Positions 22,643-31,871 of a stretch of DNA of 64,000 nucleotides are shown here, piece by piece (position 1 is the stretch's first letter; every line of letters begins with the position of its first letter). The DNA is from Alphaproteobacteria bacterium (GTDB taxonomy: Bacteria; Pseudomonadota; Alphaproteobacteria; GCA-2746255). The stretch covers positions 1,952,001 to 2,016,000 of the forward strand of contig OZ252220.1 of the NCBI GenBank assembly GCA_965249135.1, written 5' to 3'. A model generated the notes under the pieces. The model was not told the DNA's origin. It saw only the letters and a list, made by a program, of their open reading frames with translations, and made no database searches. Position numbers and translations under genes: made by a program.

Positions 22643-24501
22643 TGTATCGGGAAGGTGACCGGTATCGCATGTTCAGCCGCCGGGCTGCGATTCTGGCGGG
22701 GGGCAAGCTGACGCTTGCCATGGCGCTGATCGGCCGCATGTATTATCTGCAAGTCCTCGAATCGGACCGCTACACGACGCTGGCGGAGGAAAACCGGGTC
22801 AACCTGCGTCTGATTCAACCTCCTAGGGGCTCGATCGTCGATCGCTTCGGAACGCCGCTGGCGGAAAATAGGAAGAACTACCGTGTCGTTGTTATTCCGG
22901 AGCAAACGGTGGATATCGAGGCGACCCTTGACCGACTCAGCCTCATCTTACCGATTGGCGTTGCCGAGCGTCGGCGGATTTTTCATGAGATGAAGCGGAA
23001 GCGTGGATTCGTTCCGGTCACGGTTCGGGAAAATCTAAGCTGGAAGGAAGTTTCACGCGTCGAGGTGAACACGCCGGACTTGCTAGGCGTTCTGATCGAT
23101 GTTGGGCAAAGCCGCTATTACCCCTTAGGTGATTCTGCAGCTCATGTAGTCGGCTATGTAGCGGTGGTTGCAGAAGAAGAGCTGACGGATGATCCGTTGC
23201 TCCAGCTTCCAGATTTTCGTACCGGAAAGAATGGGATCGAGAAGGTTTACGACCTTGCCCTTCGTGGGAAAGCCGGCAGCAGTCAGATGGAGGTCAATGC
23301 CGTAGGGCGTGTCGTCCGTGAGCTTTCGCGCGAGGAGGGAAAGCCCGGTCATCAGGTAGCCCTAACGCTGGATTCCAATTTGCAGAAATTTGCAAACAAA
23401 CGTTTCGGGCGCAAAAGCGGTGCGGCCGTCGTCATGGATGTGCATAACGGGGAGTTGATGGCGATGGTTTCCGCCCCTGGTTTCGATCCAAACGAATTCG
23501 TAACCGGCCTAAGTGAGGAAAGCTGGCAGCGACTACTCGCCGACAGGCGTACACCGCTTACAAACAAAAGCATCGCCGGTCAGTATGCTCCCGGCTCGAC
23601 CTACAAGATGATCGTCGCCGTCACTGCGCTGGAAGCTGGTCTGATCACGCCAGAGCATCAGGTTTTCTGTAAGGGCTATATCGAGCTTAGCCGGGACCGG
23701 TTCCACTGTTGGAAGAGGAAAGGTCACGGCCATATGCGTCTGTTCGAGGCGATCCAACATTCGTGCGATGTCTATTTCTACGATCTCGCCCGTCGCTGTG
23801 GGATCGACCGCATCGCAGAGATGGCGCGCCGATTCGGATTGGGAAAGGCCTTAATCGAGGATCTGCCAGGCGAACAGGCTGGCCTTGTGCCAGATCCCGA
23901 TTGGAAGATGGCTGCCTTGGGCTCCCCCTGGCAGGGAGGGGAAACCCTGGTCACGGGGATCGGTCAGGGCTATGCGCTGGCGACCCCGTTGCAGCTTGCC
24001 GTTATGACCGCCAGGCTTGTGAATGGGGGCTATGGGGTTTTCCCCCATATTACGAAGGAGATTGTCCGACCAGAAAGTACCGGAGCTCGCGCCGATGTTG
24101 AATTCGAATCCTTGGGCATTCGCCAGGCGACGCTTTTGTTCGTCCGCGAGGCCATGGTCGCGGTTACGAACAAGCCGGGAGGAACGGCCTATGGTTCCCG
24201 GATTCGGAACAAGCGGATGGCTATGGGCGGCAAGACGGGGACCTCCCAAGTAATGCGGATCACCAAAAGAGAGCGGGAGGAAGGCGTTCTCAAGAATAAA
24301 GAGCGCCCCTGGCATGAGCGCGACCATGCGCTGTTCGTCGGTTTTGCGCCGGTTAGTGCCCCGAAATATGCAGTCTCTGTCATCGTCGAGCATGGTGGCA
24401 GCGGTTCGTCCGCCGCCGCACCGATCGCCCGGGATATTCTACTCGAAATTCAACGGCAAAACCGCAAGTCGGAAGCAAGCTTAGAGCAAGGAACAGCATG
24501 A
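22642..24501 (+). CDS. mrdA: Penicillin-binding protein 2
   Basis: PRG.IVDR, YAPGSTYK (SxxK), SCD (SxD), GKTGTSQ, DHALFV. Confidence 0.96.
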   Translation: MYREGDRYRMFSRRAAILAGGKLTLAMALIGRMYYLQVLESDRYTTLAEENRVNLRLIQPPRGSIVDRFGTPLAENRKNYRVVVIPEQTVDIEATLDRLSLILPIGVAERRRIFHEMKRKRGFVPVTVRENLSWKEVSRVEVNTPDLLGVLIDVGQSRYYPLGDSAAHVVGYVAVVAEEELTDDPLLQLPDFRTGKNGIEKVYDLALRGKAGSSQMEVNAVGRVVRELSREEGKPGHQVALTLDSNLQKFANKRFGRKSGAAVVMDVHNGELMAMVSAPGFDPNEFVTGLSEESWQRLLADRRTPLTNKSIAGQYAPGSTYKMIVAVTALEAGLITPEHQVFCKGYIELSRDRFHCWKRKGHGHMRLFEAIQHSCDVYFYDLARRCGIDRIAEMARRFGLGKALIEDLPGEQAGLVPDPDWKMAALGSPWQGGETLVTGIGQGYALATPLQLAVMTARLVNGGYGVFPHITKEIVRPESTGARADVEFESLGIRQATLLFVREAMVAVTNKPGGTAYGSRIRNKRMAMGGKTGTSQVMRITKREREEGVLKNKERPWHERDHALFVGFAPVSAPKYAVSVIVEHGGSGSSAAAPIARDILLEIQRQNRKSEASLEQGTA

Positions 24502-25649
24502 GCGTAATTGACGACGTTCCCGGTGGTTCGCTCCGCTTGACGGATAAGATTCGGCAAGTGCACTGGGGCATGGTTTTCCTTCTCTGCCTTGTCGCCGCGA
24601 TCGGGGTTGCCATGCTCTATTCGGCTGGCGGTGCGAACTTCACGCCTTGGGCCGGCCGGCAGGCGCTTCGCTTTGTCGTCGGGCTCTCGGTTCTCTTCGT
24701 GGTAGGGCTTACGGATATCCGATTCTGGCTCCGGCATGCCTACGCTATCTACGGCGTCTCGCTCGTGCTTCTGCTGGCCGTCGAGGTCGCCGGCATCGTC
24801 GGGATGGGGGCGCAGCGTTGGTTGGATTTAGGCTATTTTCAGATCCAGCCTTCCGAAATCCTGAAAATCACGCTCGTGCTTGCCCTTGCCCGGTACTTCC
24901 ATGGAACAAGCCTTGAGGATGTCTCCCGGCCTGCTTTTCTCGTCGTTCCCCTTGTGCTGATGGCGTTGCCTACCTTTCTGGTTCTCCGTCAGCCTGACCT
25001 TGGGACGGCGCTCATGTTGGGCATAGGCGGCTTAGTGATCTTCTTTCTGGCAGGGGTCCGGATTTGGAAGTTCGTAGTTTTGATCGGAGGGGCGCTTGCC
25101 ACGATGCCGCTCATCTGGATGGGGCTGCACGAGTATCAGCGGCGGCGCATCCTCGTCTTCCTCGATCCGGAAAGCGATCCCTTAGGCGCCGGATACCACA
25201 TCCTGCAATCCCAGATCGCCCTTGGCTCGGGTGGACTGTGGGGCAAGGGGTTCCTTCAGGGGACCCAGGCGCATCTCAATTTTCTGCCCGAGAAGCAAAC
25301 GGATTTCATCTTCACGATGCTAGCCGAGGAATTCGGCATTGCCGGCGGCCTCGTCCTGCTTGGCCTTTATTTGCTTCTTGTCCTTTGCGGTTTCATGATC
25401 AGCCTGCGCAGCCGCAACCAGTTTGGCCGCCTGCTTGGCATGGGCGTGACCGTTACCTTCGCGCTCTATTTCTTCATCAACATTGCCATGGTTACCGGCC
25501 TGATCCCGGTTGTCGGCGTGCCACTACCGCTGATTTCCTATGGTGGGACCGCGCTTCTTACGCTTCTTTTCGCCTTCGGTCTCCTGATGAGCATCCACAT
25601 TCACCGCGACATCCGTATGAGCCGCCGCGGCGCTGCCGAGGACTTCTGA
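24498..25649 (+). CDS. rodA: SEDS peptidoglycan polymerase RodA
   Basis: GAQRW, QPSE, QPDLGT, FLPEKQTDFIF, GVPLPLISYGG. Confidence 0.97.
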   Translation: MSVIDDVPGGSLRLTDKIRQVHWGMVFLLCLVAAIGVAMLYSAGGANFTPWAGRQALRFVVGLSVLFVVGLTDIRFWLRHAYAIYGVSLVLLLAVEVAGIVGMGAQRWLDLGYFQIQPSEILKITLVLALARYFHGTSLEDVSRPAFLVVPLVLMALPTFLVLRQPDLGTALMLGIGGLVIFFLAGVRIWKFVVLIGGALATMPLIWMGLHEYQRRRILVFLDPESDPLGAGYHILQSQIALGSGGLWGKGFLQGTQAHLNFLPEKQTDFIFTMLAEEFGIAGGLVLLGLYLLLVLCGFMISLRSRNQFGRLLGMGVTVTFALYFFINIAMVTGLIPVVGVPLPLISYGGTALLTLLFAFGLLMSIHIHRDIRMSRRGAAEDF

Positions 25650-25700
25650 GTGAAGCCTATCGACAAGCGAAGATGGCTTTGCTATAGGGGCAGCCTCTTC

Positions 25701-25777
<77 letters not shown>

Positions 25778-26370
25778 TTTTTCTTTAAGAACTTATCCCA
25801 CCTTCTTGCGCATGGCGATGAACCGTTCGATCAGATCTTCCAGGGTCTGTTCAGACTGAAACCCTGTCGCGACCTGGAATTTTTCGAATCCGCAAAGGAA
25901 CGAGACTGCGGCAGGCGGAACTCCCCCGGTTCCCGTCGCGCGACGGAGTCACTATGATCAGAGATTTCCGGTCACTTGCCATGTATAGCGGCTTGTCCGC
26001 TAATGAAGATTACAGCTCGTGCCAAGGGGCCTAATTTAGGGGGATTATATACGAAAGTCACATTTTGGCGGTATTAGGCAGCAAGCGCATCAATGTACAT
26101 TGATGTACATCAGCACTATGATGCGATTATGGCGAAGCAAAAGAACAGCGATGCGCCTGCGCGTTATGAATTAGGCAGGGCCCCCGACAGTGATCTAGCG
26201 GACCTAAGCGAAGGCTACAAGGGTGCGCAAATAACGCGTTACAAGAGGACGGATCATGAGCAAGAAAGCGCCGGGAAAGAGCCACCGCTGAACTGCCAGA
26301 GATGTGGCGAAATCGTGACTTAAATGACACCTTTTCTGTTGCAGATGCACCGGCCATCCTCTTTACCGGT

Positions 26371-26397
26371 AAAATGTGACTTTCGTATATAATCCCC
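26371..26397. repeat. Internal second copy of the right IR (defines a 358-bp MITE, 26040-26397)
   Basis: AAAATGTGACTTTCGTATATAATCCCC, identical to 27164-27190. Confidence 0.9.
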
Positions 26398-26431
26398 ATT
26401 ACTTCCGCATAGCCCCGATGTTCGCGCCTTC

Positions 26432-26782
26432 CTAGGTTCCCTCTCGTTTGCCAAGCTCTTTGGCAATCACAGCAGTTACAAACTGATTGATACTGGTTCT
26501 CTCCGTTTCCGCCCGTGCCGCGAGTCGCGTGTGAAGAAACACCGGCATTCTCACCGTGAATATCCCACTGTGCGAGGGAATTGACGAAGGTTTTGGCGTG
26601 GGCCTCCCCATTTTAGCGTTCGCATCCAACCACGCCGCCTCGGCCCCCTCCCAATCCTTCAGGGCTTCCTCTGGCGTTTCACCGTCAGCCATGCAGCCAG
26701 GAAGATCGTCAGAGGTTGCGAGCCACCCACCGCCGTCTTCCTCTGACAATTTCGATAAAACAACCCTATAATCACTCATCAT
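26432..26782 (-). CDS. hicB: HicB antitoxin with C-terminal RHH domain
   Basis: Y.V....EEDGGGW.A...DLPGCMADGETPEEAL; SG.FTVRMP..LH.RLA..A..E..SINQ. Confidence 0.93.
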   Translation of the reverse strand: MMSDYRVVLSKLSEEDGGGWLATSDDLPGCMADGETPEEALKDWEGAEAAWLDANAKMGRPTPKPSSIPSHSGIFTVRMPVFLHTRLAARAETERTSINQFVTAVIAKELGKREGT

Positions 26783-27012
26783 TCTATCTCCTCGATCAGC
26801 GCCAGTAGCCTCTTGACGTAAACCGGCTTCACTGGCCGGCTGGCAGGGATCGTTAAAATGTCCCTCAAGTTTTCATGACGAAAATGCCAGTGGCTACCAT
26901 CTGGGTTCTCTACCGTGAAGCCATGCGCCTCAGCTACAGTGCGGAGTTGTCCGATCCGCCAATCACGGGGGTTCCGCCTCAACTTCTCCAGGGTCTTTTC
27001 TGCCCGTGCCAT
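26779..27012 (-). CDS. hicA: HicA mRNA interferase toxin
   Basis: K.L.K.R.NP.DW, GSHW.F, LTIPA.RPVKPVYVK; ATGA-coupled to hicB. Confidence 0.9.
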   Translation of the reverse strand: MARAEKTLEKLRRNPRDWRIGQLRTVAEAHGFTVENPDGSHWHFRHENLRDILTIPASRPVKPVYVKRLLALIEEIE

Positions 27013-27018
27013 GAAGAT

Positions 27019-27047
27019 ATGATACCGTGGGCGGTGGCACAAGTCAA
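27019..27047 (-). promoter_or_regulatory. Sigma70 promoter of hicAB
   Basis: TTGACT-17 bp-TATCAT, ending 6 nt before the hicA ATG; imperfect IR in the spacer. Confidence 0.65.
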
Positions 27048-27119
27048 TTAAAACTGCACCAAAAGTGCACCAACACACCTTTAATTACTACTAATTATCA
27101 TGCTAACTATTTGAAAAGA

Positions 27120-27164
27120 TGGTAGGCGCTGCTGGGATTGAACCAGCGGCCCCTGCCGTGTGAA
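27120..27164 (-). pseudogene. 3' half of tRNA-Val(CAC), att-like fragment
   Basis: Minus strand TTCACACGGCAGGGGCCGCTGGTTCAATCCCAGCAGCGCCTACCA runs from the anticodon loop through the T-arm to CCA; 5' half absent. Confidence 0.85.
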
Positions 27165-27265
27165 AAATGTGACTTTCGTATATAATCCCCTAATTTAGCT
27201 ACTATTTGATAATAGCTGCTGACCAACATAACCGCTCAAGAGTTCTTCAGAATCGAACCGTTTCG

Positions 27266-29572
27266 ATGGATGTGGATGTAAAGCCCGATATTGAAAAAAC
27301 CTTTGCCATTAGCGAATCGGCTTGCGCATGGACGGTGCGCGTCATGTCCATCTTGGAGTCCAGGCTAAGCATCAATATCAACTTGCACGATCCGGACCAT
27401 TGCGCAGAAAGCGGTCAGATATTCCTGTTCAATCATTTCGCGCGTTTCGAGACTTTTATTCCCCAATACCTGATTCATAAAAAGACCGGCGCCTATTGTC
27501 GCTCTATCGCATCGCGAGAGTTTTTCTCTGACAATAGCGTCTTGTCCAATTATCTTCTAAGTCTCGGAGCGGTGCCCAACGATTATCCTCCTTTGCTTCC
27601 GTTTCTGGCCGCAGAGATCCTTCGAGGGAGAAAAGTCGTCGTCTTTCCCGAGGGCGGCATGGTCAAGGACCGGCGGGTGATTAACAGAAAAGGTAAATAC
27701 AGCGTCTATTCGAGGGTCGCGAAGGAGCAGAGAAAACACCATGCGGGGGCGGCCGTTTTGGGCCTGACGCTCGATGCCTTCAAAACGGGTCTTCTGGAAC
27801 TTGCGAAGGCGGGGTGTACCGATCATTTGGCGCGGTGGGTCGACCAACTCGGGATCGAGAGCGTCGAGGCTCTCATGAAGGAGGCCCATCGCCCCACCGA
27901 GATCATACCATCCAACATCACCTTTTACCCCATTCGGATCGGCGACAATCTTGCCGTGAAATCTGCCGAATTCTTCAATGCCGGGATGCCGAAGAAATTT
28001 TCCGAGGAACTGCTCATCGAAGGAAACCTTCTGCTTAAAGATACCGACATGGATATCCGGCTCGGTACGCCCGTTCGGCAGGGCCAGTCTTGGAGCTGGT
28101 GGGAACGGAAATTGCTTGGTCATCTGCTGCGGCGCGTCGAATCGATGGAGGAGTTTTTCCGCAGAGAAACGGGTAAGGGCACACCCGTGGATCGCCTCTT
28201 CAGAATGTGCATCGAACGTAGGGTTTCTCCCGCTCGCGACGCCTACATGCATGAGATGTATGACAACCTCACCGTCAATCTGTCTCATCTTGCATCGCAG
28301 CTCATCGTGTGCCTGGTCGATGCTGGGAAAACGAAGATCGAGCAGGAGGCGTTTCGCAAGATCCTGTATCTAGCCATCAAAACGATGCAGGAGCAGCCGA
28401 GCGTCCATCTTCATCACAGCTTGCTGAATCCGGACGACTATGGCGGCATCCTGGAAGATCGATGTGGGGGACTTGACCAGTTCATATCCTCGTCGATCCG
28501 AGCCGACCTCCTGGCAACGGACGCAGATTGTTACAGTTTTCTGCCAAAACTTTGTGAGGAACATGATTTCGATGAAATCCGCATCGAGAATCCCATTGCC
28601 GTTTACGCCAATGAAGCGGCTCCCATTGCCGAAACGACACAAGCGATTAGGAAAGCGATGGACGAAGGTGAGGATATCACCAAGCAACAGTGGGCCGAGG
28701 CAGCGTTCGACGACGCACGTTTAAGCTTTGCCTGGGAGAAGAAGAGGTTCTCAGATCCGCGCTACGATGAGATCAACGAACAAGAAACCGCAACGGAAAA
28801 TGCCGAACCCTATCTTCTGGTTCCTAAGAACAGCAACGGTCTCGGTGTCGTACTGGTTCACGGGTTTCTGGCATCGCCGGCGGAACTTAGTGCGTTCGGA
28901 CAACGCCTGTTCGAGGACGGCCACCCGGTGATCGGTGTGCGTTTGAATGGACACGGGACGTCACCCTGGGATCTCCGGGGGCGGACCTGGCAGAACTGGA
29001 TGGAGCCGGTGCGTGAAGGCTATCGTACCCTGTCGGCCTTCGCCGACCGGATCTGCATGGTAGGGTTTTCCAGTGGCGGTGCCTTGTCCTTGATCCTGGG
29101 TGCCGAAAAACCAGCCAACCTTGCTGGTATCGTTGCCGTTTCGACACCGATGAAATTCGTGAACAAGAATATGATCTTCGTGCCGCTGATCCACGGCGCC
29201 AACAAACTCGCCCAGTGGGTTTCGACCCTGGAAGGCATCATGCCCTTCCGCGAGAACGATTCAGAGCATCCGCACATCAATTATCGAAACATGGCGATCC
29301 GTGGATTGTTTGAACTACGTCGCATGGTCGATGAATTGGATCGTCGGCTGCCCGAGATTGATTGTCCCGTTGCCCTCGTTCAGGGGGATGCGGATGGCGT
29401 CGTTGATCCGAAAAGCCTCGAGCTCATCTATGAAAAACTGACCACCAAGGAAAAGACCGCAAAGCTGGTTCCTTCCGAAAGGCATGGGATCCTGAGCGAA
29501 GACATCGGCCACACCCAGGAAATCGTTCGATCCGCACTCGCCGCCCTTCTCCCGCAGCGCGCTTCCGGGTGA
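27266..29572 (+). CDS. Fusion of a PlsC/GPAT-like acyltransferase and an alpha/beta hydrolase (esterase/lipase)
   Basis: N-half FNHFARFE and VVFPEGG acyltransferase blocks; C-half VHGF, GHGT, GFSSGG nucleophile elbow, QGDADGVV, ERHG. Confidence 0.8.
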   Translation: MDVDVKPDIEKTFAISESACAWTVRVMSILESRLSININLHDPDHCAESGQIFLFNHFARFETFIPQYLIHKKTGAYCRSIASREFFSDNSVLSNYLLSLGAVPNDYPPLLPFLAAEILRGRKVVVFPEGGMVKDRRVINRKGKYSVYSRVAKEQRKHHAGAAVLGLTLDAFKTGLLELAKAGCTDHLARWVDQLGIESVEALMKEAHRPTEIIPSNITFYPIRIGDNLAVKSAEFFNAGMPKKFSEELLIEGNLLLKDTDMDIRLGTPVRQGQSWSWWERKLLGHLLRRVESMEEFFRRETGKGTPVDRLFRMCIERRVSPARDAYMHEMYDNLTVNLSHLASQLIVCLVDAGKTKIEQEAFRKILYLAIKTMQEQPSVHLHHSLLNPDDYGGILEDRCGGLDQFISSSIRADLLATDADCYSFLPKLCEEHDFDEIRIENPIAVYANEAAPIAETTQAIRKAMDEGEDITKQQWAEAAFDDARLSFAWEKKRFSDPRYDEINEQETATENAEPYLLVPKNSNGLGVVLVHGFLASPAELSAFGQRLFEDGHPVIGVRLNGHGTSPWDLRGRTWQNWMEPVREGYRTLSAFADRICMVGFSSGGALSLILGAEKPANLAGIVAVSTPMKFVNKNMIFVPLIHGANKLAQWVSTLEGIMPFRENDSEHPHINYRNMAIRGLFELRRMVDELDRRLPEIDCPVALVQGDADGVVDPKSLELIYEKLTTKEKTAKLVPSERHGILSEDIGHTQEIVRSALAALLPQRASG

Positions 29573-29643
29573 GAAGTATTTATTATTTATAATCAATTAG
29601 TTCCATCTCTCCGCGTCACCTGATCCACTGCAGCCTCCTGCAT

Positions 29644-29679
29644 GTAACGTTAACGTAATCTTCTTTTCGTTAACGTAAA
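29644..29679. promoter_or_regulatory. Tandem LiuR-type boxes upstream of the fad operon
   Basis: GTAACGTTAACGTAAT and TTTTCGTTAACGTAAA, 20 bp apart, resembling the TTTACGTwwACGTAAA consensus; MerR gene inside the operon. Confidence 0.7.
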
Positions 29680-29708
29680 TCTAAGGACGAAGCCCCATAT
29701 ATTAGGGC

Positions 29709-31436
29709 ATGAAGTTGACGAAGCTCATCTGGGGCGATCAGCGTAGCCACGGGGACAAACGTGGCAAATTACCTGAACCATCCTTGTATTCCCTGATTGA
29801 CGACGCCGTTGCCCGGTTCCCCGATCGTCGTTGCTTGGATTTTCTTGGCAAGGTTTACACCTACGGCGAGGTCGGCGATCTCGTGAACCGTGCGGCCAGA
29901 GGATTTCAACTGCTCGGCGTTAAGAAAGGCGTCAAGGTGGGGCTGTTCCTGCCCAACACGCCCTTTTACGTCATTTCTTACTACGCAATTCTCAAGGCCG
30001 GCGGCACGGTCGTCAATTTCAATCCCCTCTACGTCGAGCGGGAGATCGTTCACCAAATTGAGGATTCCGGCACCAAGATCATGGTGACGCTCGACCTTCG
30101 ACAACTCTATCCCAAAATCGCCGCTGCCTTGGAGGACTCCTGTCTCGAGAGGGTCGTGATTTGCCCGATGCGGGACATCCTTCCTCCTGTCAAGGGTCTG
30201 TTGTTCTCGGTCTTCAAACGAAGTGAGATCCTGGCAATTCCGGCAGATCTGCAACATGTGCCGTTCGACATGCTCATTCAAAACAATGGTGATGTAGAGC
30301 CAGTCAAAATCGATTCGGATAAAGACATCGCCGTTCTTCAATACACCGGGGGCACCACGGGAGAGCCCAAAGGCGCCATGCTGACTCACAGTAACCTGAT
30401 GGCCAACACGCGGCAGACGGGACAACTCATCGAAGGACTCGTGGATGAGTCCCTGAAGATCCTGGCCGTCCTACCGCTGTTCCACGTTTTCGCGATGACG
30501 ACGATCATGAATCAAGGGATCGCGGCCGGCGCCGAACTCATTCTTCTGCCGCGGTTCGAGTTGAAGCAAGTTTTAAAGACCATCGCTGCGAAACGGCCGA
30601 CGGCCTTTCCCGGCGTTCCTACCATCTATAACGCGATCAACGGTTATGCGGACACACCGAACCATGACCTTTCAAGCTTAAAGGTTTGTATTTCCGGTGG
30701 CGCACCTCTACCGATCGAGGTTAAGAAGGCGTTCGAGTCACTAACTGGGTGCAGCCTGGTCGAAGGCTATGGGCTCAGCGAAGCCTCGCCGGTAGTGACG
30801 TGCAACCCAATCGGCGGCCTCGTCAAGGAAGGCTCGATCGGCCTTCCGTTACAGGACACGGTGGTTGAAATCCGATCGCTCGACTCCCCGAAAAAGAAAC
30901 TAGCCGTAGGCGAGACCGGTGAAATCTGTGTGTCCGGGCCTCAGGTGATGGCCGGTTACTGGAAGCGTCCGAAAGAAACGGCAGAAATCGTACACGAAGG
31001 CCTGCTGCATACGGGTGACGTAGGCTACATCGACGACGATGGCTACGTGTTCCTCATCGATCGGGTGAAGGACCTGATCCTCTGTGGCGGCTACAACGTT
31101 TATCCGAGGGCCGTCGAGGAAGCCATCTACCTTCATCCGGATGTAGCCGAGGTGACAGTGATTGGGGTTCCCGACAGTTACCGCGGGCAAACCCCGAAAG
31201 CGTTCGTCAAATTGCGCGACGGGGCAAACTTAAGCGAAGGGAACTTACGCGCCTTTCTCGTGGACAAATTGTCGCCAATCGAGAGGCCGAAATTCGTCGA
31301 GTTCCGTGACGAGTTGCCGAAGACCATGATCGGAAAGCTCTCCAAGAAGGAGTTGGTAGCCGACGAGACGACTAAACAGGCCATCGAAGAAGCCGAAGAC
31401 TCGAACAAGGCTAAAGCTGAAAGCGAGGTGTCGTGA
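29709..31436 (+). CDS. fadD: Long-chain fatty acid-CoA ligase
   Basis: QYTGGTTGEPKG, EGYGLSE, TGD, DRVKDLI, PKTMIGK. Confidence 0.92.
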   Translation: MKLTKLIWGDQRSHGDKRGKLPEPSLYSLIDDAVARFPDRRCLDFLGKVYTYGEVGDLVNRAARGFQLLGVKKGVKVGLFLPNTPFYVISYYAILKAGGTVVNFNPLYVEREIVHQIEDSGTKIMVTLDLRQLYPKIAAALEDSCLERVVICPMRDILPPVKGLLFSVFKRSEILAIPADLQHVPFDMLIQNNGDVEPVKIDSDKDIAVLQYTGGTTGEPKGAMLTHSNLMANTRQTGQLIEGLVDESLKILAVLPLFHVFAMTTIMNQGIAAGAELILLPRFELKQVLKTIAAKRPTAFPGVPTIYNAINGYADTPNHDLSSLKVCISGGAPLPIEVKKAFESLTGCSLVEGYGLSEASPVVTCNPIGGLVKEGSIGLPLQDTVVEIRSLDSPKKKLAVGETGEICVSGPQVMAGYWKRPKETAEIVHEGLLHTGDVGYIDDDGYVFLIDRVKDLILCGGYNVYPRAVEEAIYLHPDVAEVTVIGVPDSYRGQTPKAFVKLRDGANLSEGNLRAFLVDKLSPIERPKFVEFRDELPKTMIGKLSKKELVADETTKQAIEEAEDSNKAKAESEVS

Positions 31437-31825
31437 GTAAACTGTTTTCCGTTTCCGAACTGGCCTGTGAAGTCCAAGTCACCCCACGTACGATCCGATT
31501 TTACGAATCCAAGGGCCTCCTGAATCCCCAACGAGCGGGCCGACACCGGGTCTTCACCCATCGCGATCTGGCACGACTCAAAATCATCCTGCGAGGCAAG
31601 CGTCTTGGCTTTAGCCTAGCCGACATCAAGGCATATCTCGACCTTTATGACATCGATCCGACCCATGCAAGCCAGGTTCGGATGCTGCGCGAAAGGGTGC
31701 GCGAACGAATCATCGAATTGGAAGGACGGCGTTCCGATCTGGAGGATGTGCTCCGTGAATTGAAGAATATCGAGCAGCAGGCCAACGAGGCCCTGCATAG
31801 CAAGCAAGCCGTGGGAGGAGCCTGA
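31433..31825 (+). CDS. MerR family regulator, LiuR-like
   Basis: TPRTIRFYE.KGLL.P.R.G, RLKIILRGKRLGFSL.DI. Confidence 0.88.
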   Translation: MSKLFSVSELACEVQVTPRTIRFYESKGLLNPQRAGRHRVFTHRDLARLKIILRGKRLGFSLADIKAYLDLYDIDPTHASQVRMLRERVRERIIELEGRRSDLEDVLRELKNIEQQANEALHSKQAVGGA

Positions 31826-31871
31826 CGGCTGGAGTTGAAAGGTGCGCGATTAAGCCGATGAGGAAAACGCC

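Larger units (their letters stand above)
26040..27190. mobile_element. Non-autonomous IS1595-family (ISNwi1-like ends) cassette carrying hicAB and a tRNA-Val att fragment
   Basis: Perfect 27-bp IRs GGGGATTATATACGAAAGTCACATTTT at 26040-26066 and inverted at 27164-27190; 8-bp direct repeat TAATTTAG at 26032-26039 and 27191-27198; extra right IR at 26371-26397; no transposase ORF. Confidence 0.85.

Noticed and set aside
25793-25960. Minus-strand frame ending FEKFQVATGFQSEQTLEDLIERFIAMRKKVG*
   Set aside because: Resembles a gene tail but has no start before an upstream stop and no recognisable family; not called.
26040-26066. 27-bp repeat as a dif/Xer site
   Set aside because: No TTATGTTAAAT-like XerD arm; the inverted pair with an 8-bp target duplication fits IS ends better.
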